Assembly (NCBI RefSeq): GCF_036321535.1
Contig: NC_087437.1
Location: 19,718,001 to 19,782,000, forward strand
Origin: Camelus dromedarius
Taxonomy: Eukaryota
Length of the DNA: 64,000 nucleotides
Direction: 5' to 3'
Below the pieces are notes generated by a model. That model made no database searches. It had not been told where the DNA came from and worked only from the letters and a program-made list of their open reading frames with translations. Both the position numbers and the translations under genes were made by a program. Position 1 is the stretch's first letter. Every line of letters starts with the position of its first letter. Positions 25,415 to 36,800 of the stretch are shown in pieces.

Positions 25415-25945
25415 TATTTTATTTCATAATTAAAAAATGCATTCTTCCTGTACAAAATTAAGGAAAAGCATAAAATATAGTAACAACGTTCACAAATTTG
25501 CATGAAAAGATTAAAAATTACCATATTTCCCATCACTTAGAGATAATCCTAGAGGTATTCCTGAGATTTTTCAATGCATATTTTTACATAATTTAATGCA
25601 TAACATATATACAATTTATATCTTGCTTTTTTTTCACTTAACGTTATCACATAAGCATTTTTCCAGGTTATTAAACACCCCTCGTAAACATTGCCTTTAA
25701 TGGCTACGGACTGTTTCAGTATGTGAGTGTACCGTAATTTATTGGAGCATTTTGTCAGATATATTAGTGGTTTCTTTTTTTTTTTTCCATTTTAAATAAT
25801 TCTGCAGTGAAAATTCTCTCTCTCTTTTTATGTCCTTAGGATATAGTTCTAGAAGAGGTACCCACGGATAAGAACATTTTAAGGTCTCTGTCACATTTTG
25901 CCAAACTGCTTTCCAAGAGGGGTCCATGGGTTTATATCCCTTTAT
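25415..25945 (-). mobile_element. Old L1 (L1ME-like) 3' region
   Basis: TGCTTTTTTTTCACTTAAC, TTTAATGGCTAC, TTGCCAAACTGCTTTCCAAG. Confidence 0.75.
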
Positions 25946-25964
25946 TTCTCTATCCTATAGCATC

Positions 25965-26487
25965 ATTTTCTTAACAGGGTAGTTAATATACAGTAAACTG
26001 CACATATTTCAAGTGTACAATTTGGTGCGTTCTGACATACGTACACACCCATGAAGCCATAGTGACAGCCCAGATGATGGACAAAGTTATTGCCTTCGTA
26101 ATTTTCCTCCTGCCCCTTTGCACTGCTCCCCACCTCCCTCCCACTCCACAAATAACCTCTGTTTTGCTCCTTGTCATTCTAGGTTAGTTGGCATTTTCTA
26201 GGATTATTCAAAATCCAATCTTCTTTTGGCCTGGCTGTTTTCACTCAGCATAACTATTTTCAGAGTCATCTGTTGTAGCATGTATTAATAGTTCATTACT
26301 TTTTATTGCTGAGGAGTATCCCATTGTATGGATGGACCCAGATTAGTTTATCCATTCAGCTCATGGACATCTGGGTTGTCTCCAAATAAAGCTGCGGTGA
26401 ACATTCATGAACATATGCTTGAATTCCTCTTGGGTAAATACCTGGGAATGGTAGGGGTGAGTTATGTGGTAGTTGTATGTTTAACTA
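25965..26487 (-). mobile_element. Old L1 (L1MC/L1MD-like) 3' region
   Basis: TACAGTAAACTGCACATATTTCAAGTGTACAATTTG; TTTTTATTGCTGAGGAGTATCCCATTGTATGGAT; TTGGGTAAATACCT. Confidence 0.85.
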
Positions 26488-27009
26488 ACTGGCCTCTTGT
26501 TAGTAGTAATCAACTCTTAAGGCAAAACAATGATGCGGTATAGTGATGATAATAGTAATCGTTATCATGATTAAATTAATTGTCTCATTGAACATTGCAC
26601 TGATTCTCTGATCGAAGTTGAGGTCAGGGAGGAGGAGAAGAGAGGAGAGGGCAGAGACCCCCTTCCTGTCACTCTTTTAGGTATTCAGCAGAGTGACCAA
26701 GGGGGATGCTCTGTGCACAGTGTTTTCTAAACCCCTACATCTCGTACTAGGTCGGCAGCCCTGTCTCTGCTCATGATACCTCCAGACCCCTCCCCATTTT
26801 CCTTGGAAGAATAGACTCATGTCCTTGATTGGAGTGTCCTGCTTGGATTCAACTCTGTCTCTCTTTACAATCCTTTAGGATGAAATGACTTAATCCCCTG
26901 CCAATCACATCGCCTCCTTTTCCTTTTTTACACTCAGTATCCTTCCTAGTATGAAGCATGGGGGTGGAGGTGGCGAGTAGGGGACTGTGGAAGCAACCCT
27001 CCTGACTTC

Positions 27010-27102
27010 ATGGGAACTCCATGAAGGCAGACTGGACTTTCTTGCTTGCCATCCTGGGCAGAAAAAGACATTCAGTAAGTAATTGTTGAGCAAATGAATG
27101 CA
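27010..27102 (+). mobile_element. L2 3'-end fragment
   Basis: ACTCCATGAAGGCAG...TTCAGTAAGTAATTGTTGAGCAAATGAATG. Confidence 0.6.
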
Positions 27103-28101
27103 CAAATTTACATAATAAGGGAAAAACTAAGTGTCCTCAGTAGTCAGAAGATGGAGTGATCAAACATGCTTACTTTGGGCAATCAGAGCAGGTTTCCTGA
27201 AGCGTGTGGCGAACATGAGAAAACAATGCAAGATAAAATATAAAAGATCAGGTAGCGTGGTTCAGAGAGCGTCAGTAGAAGAGAGGAACTGCATTTCTTG
27301 TTTGAGAAATGTTCCATACACCATGACCTCGAACGCTCGTAACAAGCAGGTGGGCTAGATTTATCTCCATTTTTCTGAGACTCAGAGATTTGGGGAAGCC
27401 TGCCCAGTTCCCAGCTAACAGGAAGTGACTTGACGGAGTGCAAATCTCTTTGAGGGACTGGGCTAGGCCTTGAGATGGCAGGAGAAAGGGGGAGGTCATC
27501 TTCGTCCTCTGAGTGGTGTGACACATTCATTCTTATTCCACTGGTCCTGCAAACGTGAACTCCCACGCTCTGCAGAGGGGCTTGCTGTGGCTGAAAGGGC
27601 CTGGCCCCCTCTCCCACTCTTCATCCTGGGAGCACATTATGCCATGAGATGCACACTAGGACCATTCCCTTTGCCCACTGTGGCAGCACAAGGATGCCAG
27701 CTCTCACAGGGCCTGTCCCGGGGCCCTGCACCCCAGCCTCTCTGGGTTTACTTGGAGCCAGGAAGATGGGCGGAGGTTGTCTCTGTGCTAGTCTGTCCTC
27801 GTTCTTCTCTGAGTCTTCTCTGAGCCACTCACCACGTTGATCATAAGGAGAGAAGTTTCTGATGCACCCTGTAAGGTCTTTGGTTGAGTTCTGAGGACTG
27901 TCAGTTTGGGGTCTGTTTCCTTGTTTGGGAACTGCAGTCAGATCCAGGAAGCCGTTGCTTTTGGCTTCACATTCTGGCCTGTGGGAGGGCCGCTGGCCAA
28001 GGTGTGTGTCCCAGTACAGTGTGTCAAGGAACTCTTCCTGGGCAGCATTTTGAGCCAGGTGCTGGATGGAGCAGGACCTCCCCTGGAGAAGCCTGTCTGC
28101 G

Positions 28102-28145
28102 TGGCCCATATCTGGCACATGCTTGGCACATGCTTGGCACACGCT
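28102..28145. repeat. 11-bp minisatellite, about 4 copies (TGGCACATGCT)
   Basis: TGGCCCATATC TGGCACATGCT TGGCACATGCT TGGCACACGCT. Confidence 0.85.
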
Positions 28146-28208
28146 AGGCCACTCTGAGGCTACTGGAATGAGTAACATTGCAGGCCGGCTTGGATGGTAT
28201 CACCAGGG

Positions 28209-28696
28209 CTGAGGTTCCCCAACTTTCTCAGCTTACAGCACCCTTTACCTATGTCTCAGGAAGTTTGTTTTTACAGTGCCCCAAGGCTGAAAGAAACACC
28301 CAGCACTTCTGCTTATGAAATCAGTTGGTCCCTGAAAGCAACAACTATTTATGCTGTAACAACATAGTGCCTATGAGGCACTGCACGATGTCTCAGCCCG
28401 TGGAGTCACATTGGACCCTGCCATCCTCACATCTTATTCCACATTGGCTTTTTTAACTCGGTTCTTGCCTTTTATCACAACAATCCTGAAAACCAAAGTT
28501 CACAGGGGAGGCATCATGAAAGGAAGGCAGCCACCTGATGTTGAAACTGAGCTACCCCGAGTGAGCTAGTCATTTGCATGGCGCCTGGCAGGTGTCACTG
28601 CATTTCCCTCAAAAATCTAAGACGCCAGTGGGTGGCGGCTCTGCGAGTCTGCTGTGGCTCCCTGGGGTGCCTCGACACAGAGTTTGGGAACCGTGG
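28209..28696. mobile_element. hAT-Charlie element (MER119-like) with terminal inverted repeats
   Basis: GGTTCCCCAACT...AGTTTGGGAACC termini; internal TTTTATCACAACAA...GAAAACC and TTTCCCTCAAAAAT match the recalled MER119 consensus. Confidence 0.8.
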
Positions 28697-28767
28697 CCCT
28701 CATGTCAGTGTCCTCCCTCAGCTCACCTCAGCATCGGTTGGATACTGAGAGTGTCCTCTTTTTAAAC

Positions 28768-28893
28768 TTTTTTTCTTTTTGGGAGATGGGAGATAATTAG
28801 GTTTATTTAATTATTTTAACAGAGATACTGGGGATTGGACCCAGGATCTCGTGCATGCTAAGCACACGCTCTGCCACTAAACTATACCTCCCC
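28768..28893 (-). mobile_element. tRNA-Ala-derived camelid SINE (vic-1-like), full length
   Basis: The reverse strand reads GGGGAGGTATAGTTTAGTGGCAGAGCGTGTGCTTAGCATGCACGAG...GGGTCCAATCCCCAG (A box, AGC anticodon loop, B box), then CCTAATTA and an A-rich tail. AGTGTCCT is repeated on both flanks. Confidence 0.9.
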
Positions 28894-29000
28894 GCTACAA
28901 CAGTGTCCTTTGTCTTGGGGATGGAGCCCACAGAAAGTGCTCTCGGGGTCTCCTAGTCTAGGGAGAGAAGGGTCATCACATAACCTGGTCTGTGCCCTGC

Positions 29001-29027
29001 GGGGAGTGGCGGGGTTGGGGGTTGGGG
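29001..29027 (+). other. Canonical G-quadruplex motif
   Basis: GGGG-agtggc-GGGG-tt-GGGGG-tt-GGGG. Confidence 0.6.
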
Positions 29028-30829
29028 CAGGTGCCCTGCATGGCATGTGAAGAGCCCATTTCATCTGAGAGAGTGCAGGATGAGAAAGGTAGGCAGAGAC
29101 ATGGTGCAGACACAGGTCTGACCCCACCTGCAGAGCCAGAGGAAGCCAGCTATCACATGACTTATCCTGGGGAGGGGACACCAGAGCTTGGTCCTCCAGC
29201 ATGAGCTGGAGAGAGCATTCAGGGAGAAGGGGCCAAGCCACCCAAGGAGGCTCAGGGGAGGCTGTGGAATTGAGGGACCATCTGCATTTCTGGGCTGGGA
29301 TGCCTTTCTAATAGGGCGTGAGATGCGGGCTCAGGCGCTGAAGGGCTGACGCTTGTGTTTTCTCCCCAGTCCTGCGGGCTGTGCAGCCCCACATCTTTCC
29401 TGAGATGATTTGTCTTCTCTCATTCTTCATTTTTACTTAAACAAGAGAGAAATGCATTTTGCCAGTGTTACAAATGGCTCTTTCCAGGAGGTTTGACTCT
29501 ACCTCCCGGCCACGCATCTCCTGCCTGATGCAGACGCCTCTCCCTTCTCTTCTGTTGGGAGTGACCTGCTCTGTCCTTCAGAACAGCAAGTTGACAAATG
29601 CCATCTGATGTTTCTCCCAGGCCCCTCCATCCATCTTGATGGCAGGCTTCAGACAACACCACCATGGTGGAGAATTTACACTTTGAGAGTTTTCTTCAGT
29701 GATTTTATTGTGCGTGCTTTTGATTTCAGTGCCCCCTTCCCTTGGTCCCTGGAGAGTTCACATGGTGCCATTGGGTAAAGAAGATGCTTTTCTGCAGTTC
29801 TGTTCAAATGCTGTTGAAAAGAATGAATGAGAGGCTCTATCATTTGCCCAAGTCTGTTGTTGGCAGTGGTTCTGCAGGGAAGGCGGTGATCGATCCTTTG
29901 ACAACAGCACTGCCTGAACCCACCTCTCTGACTTGGGATGTGGGGTGATACCTCTCACAACCTGTGTCATGGCCCAGAAGGGAGGCAGAAGGGCAGGAAG
30001 GGGACATTGGACTTGAGAGTGAACCGTGGGCTCCACGTGGGGTGGGAAGAGCGTTCTCCACACCTGGGGCCCAGGCTTCTGATCTTAGGGCCTCAGCTCT
30101 GATGAGTCCTCAGGGAGAAGATGGGCGGGTCAATGGCACTGCTCCAGCCGATGTGAGGCAGGGTGGCCAGCTCCGTTATATGGTCTCAAGACAGGGAGGC
30201 AAACACGTTCATTTCTCAGGGCTGGGTCAGCCCTCTTGAGAATCAGGTAAGACACCAGAGCCTAGCTTACTTCCATTCGGGGACCTGCCCTCCTCCTGGC
30301 AGGGGCCCAGAGCCCTCCCACTGCCTCCTGCTTTCTCCAGCGGCCTTCCGAGTCCCCCTGAAGCCCCAGGATGCCCGCAGTGTTCTGCCGCCCGCCCGTC
30401 CACTCACCATTTCCAAAACCCATGCCCTTCCCTTGCTGCTTACTTTCAAAATCAACTGGCCCTGACAACCTGATGGTGGTTTGATGGTTGGCCCACTGAG
30501 TTAGCATTCTGCTGTTTACCCCTGGAAGATGCTGGTCCCTGGAGGACAGACAGGGAGGTTGCTGGAGGAACTGGGGCAGGGCCAGGAGAATGGACCAGCT
30601 GATGGATGGGGTGCCCAGGGCTCTGACTCACTGTTACCAAATGACAGAGGAAGACCTAGGCTGTGAAGGGCCAGTGTTGTCCTCCAAGTAGGTCTTGGTT
30701 GTGGGTGCGGGATGGCACCGAATTCCAGTCTCAGCTCTGTGTCTCAGGTGACCGCAGCAGTTCCTGCTCAGGCCACGGCTCCTGCTAGCTGCCCACGATC
30801 TATAACCCTTCATCTTCTCTGCGGCCGGA

Positions 30830-31323
30830 AACATCGTCCTCAAACCAGATCTTAAATATGCTGCTCTTATTTAAATCCTTCAGCCACATCGAGGATGGAG
30901 CCAAGCTCCTTGCCTGCATCTGTGGTCCTTTATGATCCAACCCCAGCCTAACACTGGGCCCTGTGGTGGTTGTTCCCACATCTACACCAGGACTGCTCTT
31001 ATCTCCTGCTTTGCTGATGCTGTTTCTTCTGCCTGAAGCGGCCATTTGTTCTCTCCCCACTCAAATTGCCCACTAATTCCTATTCATCTTTTCAGACTAA
31101 CCAGGTCTGGCCTCACCTCCTCCACAAAGCTCTCCCAGGTTGGGGTTGGAGCATCCTCTCTGAGCGTTCAAAGCACCGTGCTGTCCCTTGGAGCATGGGC
31201 CACACTGTGCTCTTGTGGTTTATTTATTAATTTGTCTCCACCATCAAAGCATGGGATCATTGAAGTCAATGAATGCCATTCTCATAGGCACATCTGTGTT
31301 TGTTGATGGACTGAATGAGTGAA
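30830..31323 (+). mobile_element. L2 3' fragments
   Basis: CCAAGCTCCTTG, CCTATTCATCTTTTCAGAC, TCACCTCCTCCAC, and the terminal TTTGTTGATGGACTGAATGAGTGAA. Confidence 0.7.
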
Positions 31324-31834
31324 GGGAGATGCTCAGAGTCAGGCCTGTGGCTCAGACTTCTTTGGGTCTGTGTGTGCTTGGGGCCTGCCAGAGGTGGGGG
31401 ACTGAGGAGAAAAGTCACTAGTAAGAGTGAGGCAGGGAGTCAGCGCCTTGCCATGCGGCCAGGCTCCTAGGCTGTCCCCACTGGGAAACCGGAGTGCAGA
31501 TCAGGAGAAGAAAATGTGTAGCAGCATAGACGTGTGTAAATGTGTTGAGGGTGGAGGAAGCCTGCAGCTCTTTGAGCTTTAGCCTGATCATTGCCGCCAT
31601 CCCTGGTAGTGGCCTTGGTGGCGCTGGTATCCATGCCAGTGTTCCTGACCACCTGCCCTGATCATGGCAGGAGTGAGGCACTGGCTAGAAGATGCAGGGA
31701 TGATGGAGAATGGGATGGAGTTCAGGAGTAGTGGAGTAAGAGCTCCTCTTGAGGGATCTTGTGGATGGGAGGCCTCCTGCCACTCTTCTGTCTTCTATGC
31801 CTGGTCCAACGGCACCCTGCAAGGCGGCCTTGTC

Positions 31835-32465
31835 TTTTTTGTATATATATAAATAAATAATACTTCAATAAATAAATATATATTTTGAAGTATTGTTAGT
31901 TTACAATGTTGTATCAATTTCTGGTGTACAGCATAATGCTTCAATCACATATGAACATACATATATTCATTTTCATATTCCTTTTCTCTATAAGTTGCTA
32001 CAAGATATTGAATATAGCTCCCTGTGCTATACAGTATGAACTTGTTGTTTATCTATTTTATATATATTCGTTAGTGTCTGCAAATCTTGAACTCCCAATC
32101 TATCCCTTCCCACCCCCTTCCCCTCTGGTAACTGTAAGTTTGTTTTCTATGTCTGTGAGTCTGTTTCTGTTTTGTAAATAAGTTTTTTTTTCTTTTTTTT
32201 TCCTTTCTTTTTGGTTCCACATATGAATGATATCATATGATATTTGTCTTCCTCTTTCTGACTTACTTCATTTATAATGACAATCTCCAGGTCCATCCAT
32301 GTTGCTGCAAATGACATTATTTTATTCTTTTTTATGGCTAGGTAGTACTCCTTTGTATAAATATACCACAACTTCTTTATCCAGTCATATGTTGATGGAC
32401 ATTTAGGTTGTTTCCATGTCTGGGTTATTGTAAATAGTGCTGCTATGAACGTTGAGGTGCATGTC
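31835..32465 (-). mobile_element. Younger L1 3' segment (ORF2 C-terminus + 3'UTR); main arm of a composite insertion
   Basis: ORF 32147-32491 encodes FIAALFTI.QTWKQPKCPST.DWIKKLWYIYT.EYY.AIKKN.IMSFAATWMDLE, the L1 ORF2 C-terminus. Poly(T) tail at 31835. Confidence 0.95.
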
Positions 32466-32680
32466 ATAAACAGGTTCATACTATGTAGCACAGGAAACTA
32501 TATTCAATATCTTGTAGTAGCTTATGGTGAAAAAGACTATAAATACAAGTGTATGTATGTTCATGTATGTCTGAAGCATTGTGTTGTACACCAGAAATTG
32601 ACACAACATTGTAAACTGACTATACTTTAATAAAGATACGTATATACAGAAAAAAGATACATGTACCCCAATGTTCATAG
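32466..32680 (+). mobile_element. Inverted L1 arm: second 3'UTR copy (32466-32655) plus a 25-nt inverted ORF2-end piece (32656-32680)
   Basis: Sense 3'UTR ending AATAAAG...CAGAAAAAA, then GATACATGTACCCCAATGTTCATAG, which is reverse-complementary to 32443-32464. Confidence 0.9.
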
Positions 32681-33404
32681 TGGGCTGTCTTCTAAAGCTG
32701 TACCCATTAGGATGTGATTAATTTGGTTGGTTATGCCTTTACCTGATCTTCTGGGCATCAGGGTCAGATAAGTTGTCATCAGTGTCACTGTCGTCTTCCA
32801 TCTGCACCTTAGCAACGCCCAGGCTTCTAAGGAAGGACCCTCAGAGAATGGTCACGGCCGTCACTCATGTTTGTCCTTTAAGAATTTGGCACATGGGACT
32901 CAAGACGGCTACAGGACAAAGTCCCATACATTCTCTGGGAGCCTAACTGTGCTTTCTTGTATAGTTTTGTTTCCAAGACTGTGGGTGCCTTTCTGTCCTT
33001 CCTCCTGCTTTAGAAAAAGCTGTTTTGTTATGAAAAGTGGTTGCCAATTTATTCTTTGTCTGAAAATGAGAACTCCCAGTTTCCTAGGAATAAACTACTC
33101 CTACTGGGAGTAATAAATAAACTACTGCTTTGGATGTCTTGAAGTAATGGCAAATAGTAATTGAAAGATGATGAACCTGTTCCTTGCTTTTACACATCTC
33201 TGCTAATATTTACACATGATGACATGCATGCAGACACTGCCATTTCTCAGGTGGCCAATTTGCCAAGTGGCCCTGCTGGTTCTGTTGGCATGAAGAGAAC
33301 CACATGAGATAGTTCGCACCTCTGGGGTCCCTGGTCTCATGTTCAGGTTCTCTGGAAATGGGAGAGTTAATGTAAGGTGTTGGATCTGCTGAAATATTTT
33401 GTAA

Positions 33405-33510
33405 CACAGAATCCATGCCATGTCCCCTTGGCACGTTGTATACCCTCTTCTGCAAAATGGGCAACAATAATTCTAGTTTGTTGTGAAGATAAAATAAGGA
33501 TGTGTGTATA
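33405..33510 (+). mobile_element. MIR fragment
   Basis: CTCTTCTGCAAAATGGGCAACAATAAT...TTGTTGTGAAGATAAAATAAG. Confidence 0.6.
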
Positions 33511-33708
33511 TCTAAGTATCCATCTATCTGTCTATCCACATATATATCTGTATGGCAGCAAACATTAAATATTTGGCATAATTAAAATACTCAGTGATTG
33601 GTTATTTGGTTTGAATAGGTGAAGAAACCCAAATGAGATTCTCCACTTGGATGGCATTGTATGCCTTCTTGAACATGTGAAATCTGTGGAGAATTTAGCA
33701 TTCACACT

Positions 33709-33782
33709 GGAGGTCACTGGGGCCAAAGAATTAACTAGAAGCCACGGAGTAAACTGGAGGCCAGAGTTAACTAGAATTTCAC
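33709..33782. repeat. Imperfect 37-bp tandem duplication
   Basis: GGAGGTCACTGGGGCCAAAGAATTAACTAGAAGCCAC / GGAGTAAACTGGAGGCCAGAGTTAACTAGAATTTCAC. Confidence 0.75.
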
Positions 33783-34409
33783 AGCTGCAAGGCCTGGGTC
33801 CCTTAGAACTGTGGAATACTAGTTAATGGACTTCTGAAGGTAATGCAGAATTAATCTTTAGATTTGTTCTCTTTTGCAGTCCCTTTCGTGTGTCACCAAA
33901 TTCCAAGAACTAGAACTGATTATGAACTCTTGGCATAAACATAATGACCTTCATGACCACCGTCTTCTGAGAGCGCCAATAATGCATTTCATTTCTCTTT
34001 TTCTTACACTAAAGACAGACGGTCACTTTTTATGACTTTGTGTTCTGGTTAGTTTGGATCTTGGGATATTCCAGAAACTCAATATGTAGAATATATTGCT
34101 GCATAAAATAAGGGGGAAAATGTAAAAAGAAATTAACTGTACTTTAAGAAACTCAAATGAAAAATTATTGACATTTTAATTCAGATTCATGTTGGTAAGT
34201 CTGCTGTCTAGTAGCAGCAAAAGACATAAACTCTTTTTATTTGTTCATAACTTTGAGCTATAAAAGAGATCATGATTAACACTTTTTTTCCTCGTATGGT
34301 AGCAGAGCCTTCAAGCTGAAGAGCTTGAGAAAAGTAAAGAGAACACACAGAGTGTTAATGCCATTAGGAAATTGTCTAGGGCTTTGTATATGATGCTTGT
34401 TCACTCCTC

Positions 34410-34610
34410 CAAATGTGTTTGGATGCATTTTCTTATGTCAGACTCACAACCTGCCTGGGAGATGGGCAGAGAGGGTTTGATTATCCCATTCAGATCTGGG
34501 GACCAAGACATGGAGAGTTAAGTGACTTGCCCAAGGTCACCTAACTAGTAAATGTCAAGGCTGCTACCAAAAGCACAGCCTCCCAAATGCACGGGCCAAG
34601 TCTTGTCCAT
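34410..34610 (-). mobile_element. MIR SINE
   Basis: GAGAGTTAAGTGACTTGCCCAAGGTCACCTAACTAGTAAAT. Confidence 0.8.
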
Positions 34611-34639
34611 TCCGCCCTGGGGTGGTTCTCACTCCTTCC

Positions 34640-35222
34640 CACCTCACCCCTTAGCCTGGGTCAGGTAGCAATTCTTGGGAAGGCTGCATCCTCCTCCTAG
34701 CTGGTCTCCATCCCAACCCAGCTGACCTCTCAGTCATTTTCTTGTTCTGCATGGACCTTGAGTGCCTCCCCTGTGCCACAGCCAGATGACTTCCAAGAGC
34801 ATCTCCACTGCCATTGGAGAAGCTTTGGGGGTTTCCCATAGTCAGCTGCATAAGTCATCATGTCCTCCCCACACCCAGCTGTCTTTCTGCCCTGCCTCTG
34901 CCTTCTCTCTGGTAGGCCTCTGAGCTCCAACCTAACTGAGTGAGTGTCCTCACTTGGGTCCTGCCTGCCCCCTGCCTCCCTGCGTCATGCATGCTGTACC
35001 ACCCCCACCACCGCTCTATGGATCTCTGCCTCTGGGCCCCTTTCAAATGAGACTTTCCCAAAGAAGCCATCATCCCCTGGTCCCCAATTCAGGGATCTCT
35101 CCTGCCTTGAACTCTTAACCCTTTGCACCCACATCATGGCACTGACTGACTTTCTCTTGTGACACTGTAGACTGGCCTTATTCCCTGTATAGAGTCTGTG
35201 AGCACTTTGAAGGCAGGGACCT
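34640..35222 (+). mobile_element. L2 fragments
   Basis: CCTCCTAGCTGGTCTCC...TGGCACTGAC...CTGTGAGCACTTTGAAGGCAGGGACC. Confidence 0.6.
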
Positions 35223-35229
35223 ACAGATA

Positions 35230-35408
35230 GAGTGACAGAAAGGATGGGACTCTGGCTTTGGAGTTAGATCCATCTGAGTCCAAGTCAGCCTGTTCCCCTG
35301 TAACCAGCCGTGGGAATGTCAGCTGGTCATGAGGCCATTGCTGGAGTTCCCTGCAGGGCTTCAAAAAATGAGGTCTACATCCCGCTCTTACAGATTGTCC
35401 CATGATTT
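35230..35408 (+). mobile_element. Diverged MIR
   Basis: GGACTCTGGCTTTGGAGTTAGA...AAAATGAGG...CTTACAGATTGT. Confidence 0.5.
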
Positions 35409-35409
35409 G

Positions 35410-35490
35410 GGCTTGGGTGTGGCTGGGCATTAGAATCCTAAAAGGTCCATGGACGATTCTGATGAGCAGCATAGTTGGAGAGTCATGGAT
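35410..35490. mobile_element. MER5-like hAT fragment
   Basis: GGGTGTGGCTGGGCATT...GATTCTGATGAGCAGCATAGTTGGAGAGTCATG. Confidence 0.5.
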
Positions 35491-36579
35491 TTAACCTGCC
35501 TGAGCAGATAGGCTAGAACTTACTCTCAGATAAAACACCTCCCGCCCAGAGTCCCTGGCACCGTATCCGACAGGGTGTGTAAAGCATCTGGTGCGGGGGG
35601 TGTCTCCATATGCTGACCATAAACGGGGTCATTACAGTTATGATCCGATGCCGAAGCCTCCACAGCACCTCACACCACGCCCTGAACAGGGCGGGGCTTG
35701 AAGCCCTGTTCTAAAGTATAAAACCTAAGACAAGTATGTGCTTTGTGAGAGCAGTGTGAGGTGTCAATAGCCTTTGGGGACCATTTGGGTGCTAATATTC
35801 CAAAGGTGGCCTAGGAACCGCCTTGCGAGGCTCACTGTGAACACAGCTGCAGTTGGCCGTGCGGGCCTGTCCCTGTCCCTGCCCCTGCCCCTGCAGGATT
35901 CTGACCCAAGGCCGCCTCCCGCAGTCCCACTCGGGAGATACTGACTAAGCGCTGATGCTGTTTCCACGGGGCATGGCGGCCTCTCTCTTCACCAGGTTGT
36001 GTTGGGCCAGTGGCTGGGAGAGGACCCACATTTGAGAAGGAGCTCTTAAATGTAATGATAGGACTTGGCTTCTGGAAAAGCTAAAAGAATGCCGACAAGA
36101 TCCATTGTGTGCCTGCCCCTTGCCCCATGTCAGCTGCGTTGCACAAAGTTATAGGAGGCTGATGGTCTTTGTAAAACCCTGGGTAGTCAACGCTGCCTTT
36201 AATGGCGAATTTTTGCCTTGAGGGCATCAATCTAGGGGAAAATTATGGTTTAGAATGATCAGGCTTTCTTCTTGGAATTCATTTGCTCTTCTGAAGACTG
36301 AATAGCTATTAGTAGTCCTTTCTGAAGCCAAAGAAAAGGAATGACCACTGAAGACTTGGAATCTCAGTACCATTAAATGGAATGCTTATGGAATAAATGC
36401 ACCTCTAATGAGGAGGGGTGCTGAGGAGCCTCAGCGCTCTGCAGGGCTGGAGAGGAATGAAAGGAGAGGCCTCATAAAAGAGCAGTCAATTATTTTAAAG
36501 ATGAGTTGGCATCTTTCAATTCCTCACCAGATAATGAAATATCTGTTTCAGCCAGAGGCTATTGTATCATTTCTGATGT

Positions 36580-36800
36580 ATTCAACAAAATTTATTCAAC
36601 AATCATTTATTGAGTGCTCCCCTGCACCAGGCCCTGGGCTGAGGCCTGGAGAGATGCAGTCGCTGTCCGTGGAGAGATCACCAGCTGTCGGGGAGAAGTG
36701 CAGGAGAGAGCACAGACTTCCTGGAGGAGGTGTGGCCTCAGCCAGGCTTGAAGGAGGGGGTTTACGCCACTAAGGAGTTGTTGAACCGAGTAAGGGGTCT
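36580..36800 (-). mobile_element. L2 3' end
   Basis: TTATTCAACAATCATTTATTGAGTGCTCCCCTGCACCAGGCCCTGGGCT. Confidence 0.75.

Noticed and set aside
32147..32491. 114-aa ORF with recognisable protein similarity
   Set aside because: C-terminal remnant of L1 ORF2 in a truncated insertion. Its start lies in the inverted arm, so it is not a gene. The same applies to 42757-42954.
32466..32655. Apparent excess of A-to-G differences in the middle L1 arm (possible retrotransposed ADAR-edited RNA)
   Set aside because: Judged only against two other diverged copies in an A-rich sequence. It needs a real subfamily consensus before it can be claimed.
28102..33782. Short tandem repeats (11-bp and 37-bp units) as CRISPR-like arrays
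   Set aside because: No unique spacers, few copies and a eukaryotic context; ordinary tandem duplications.
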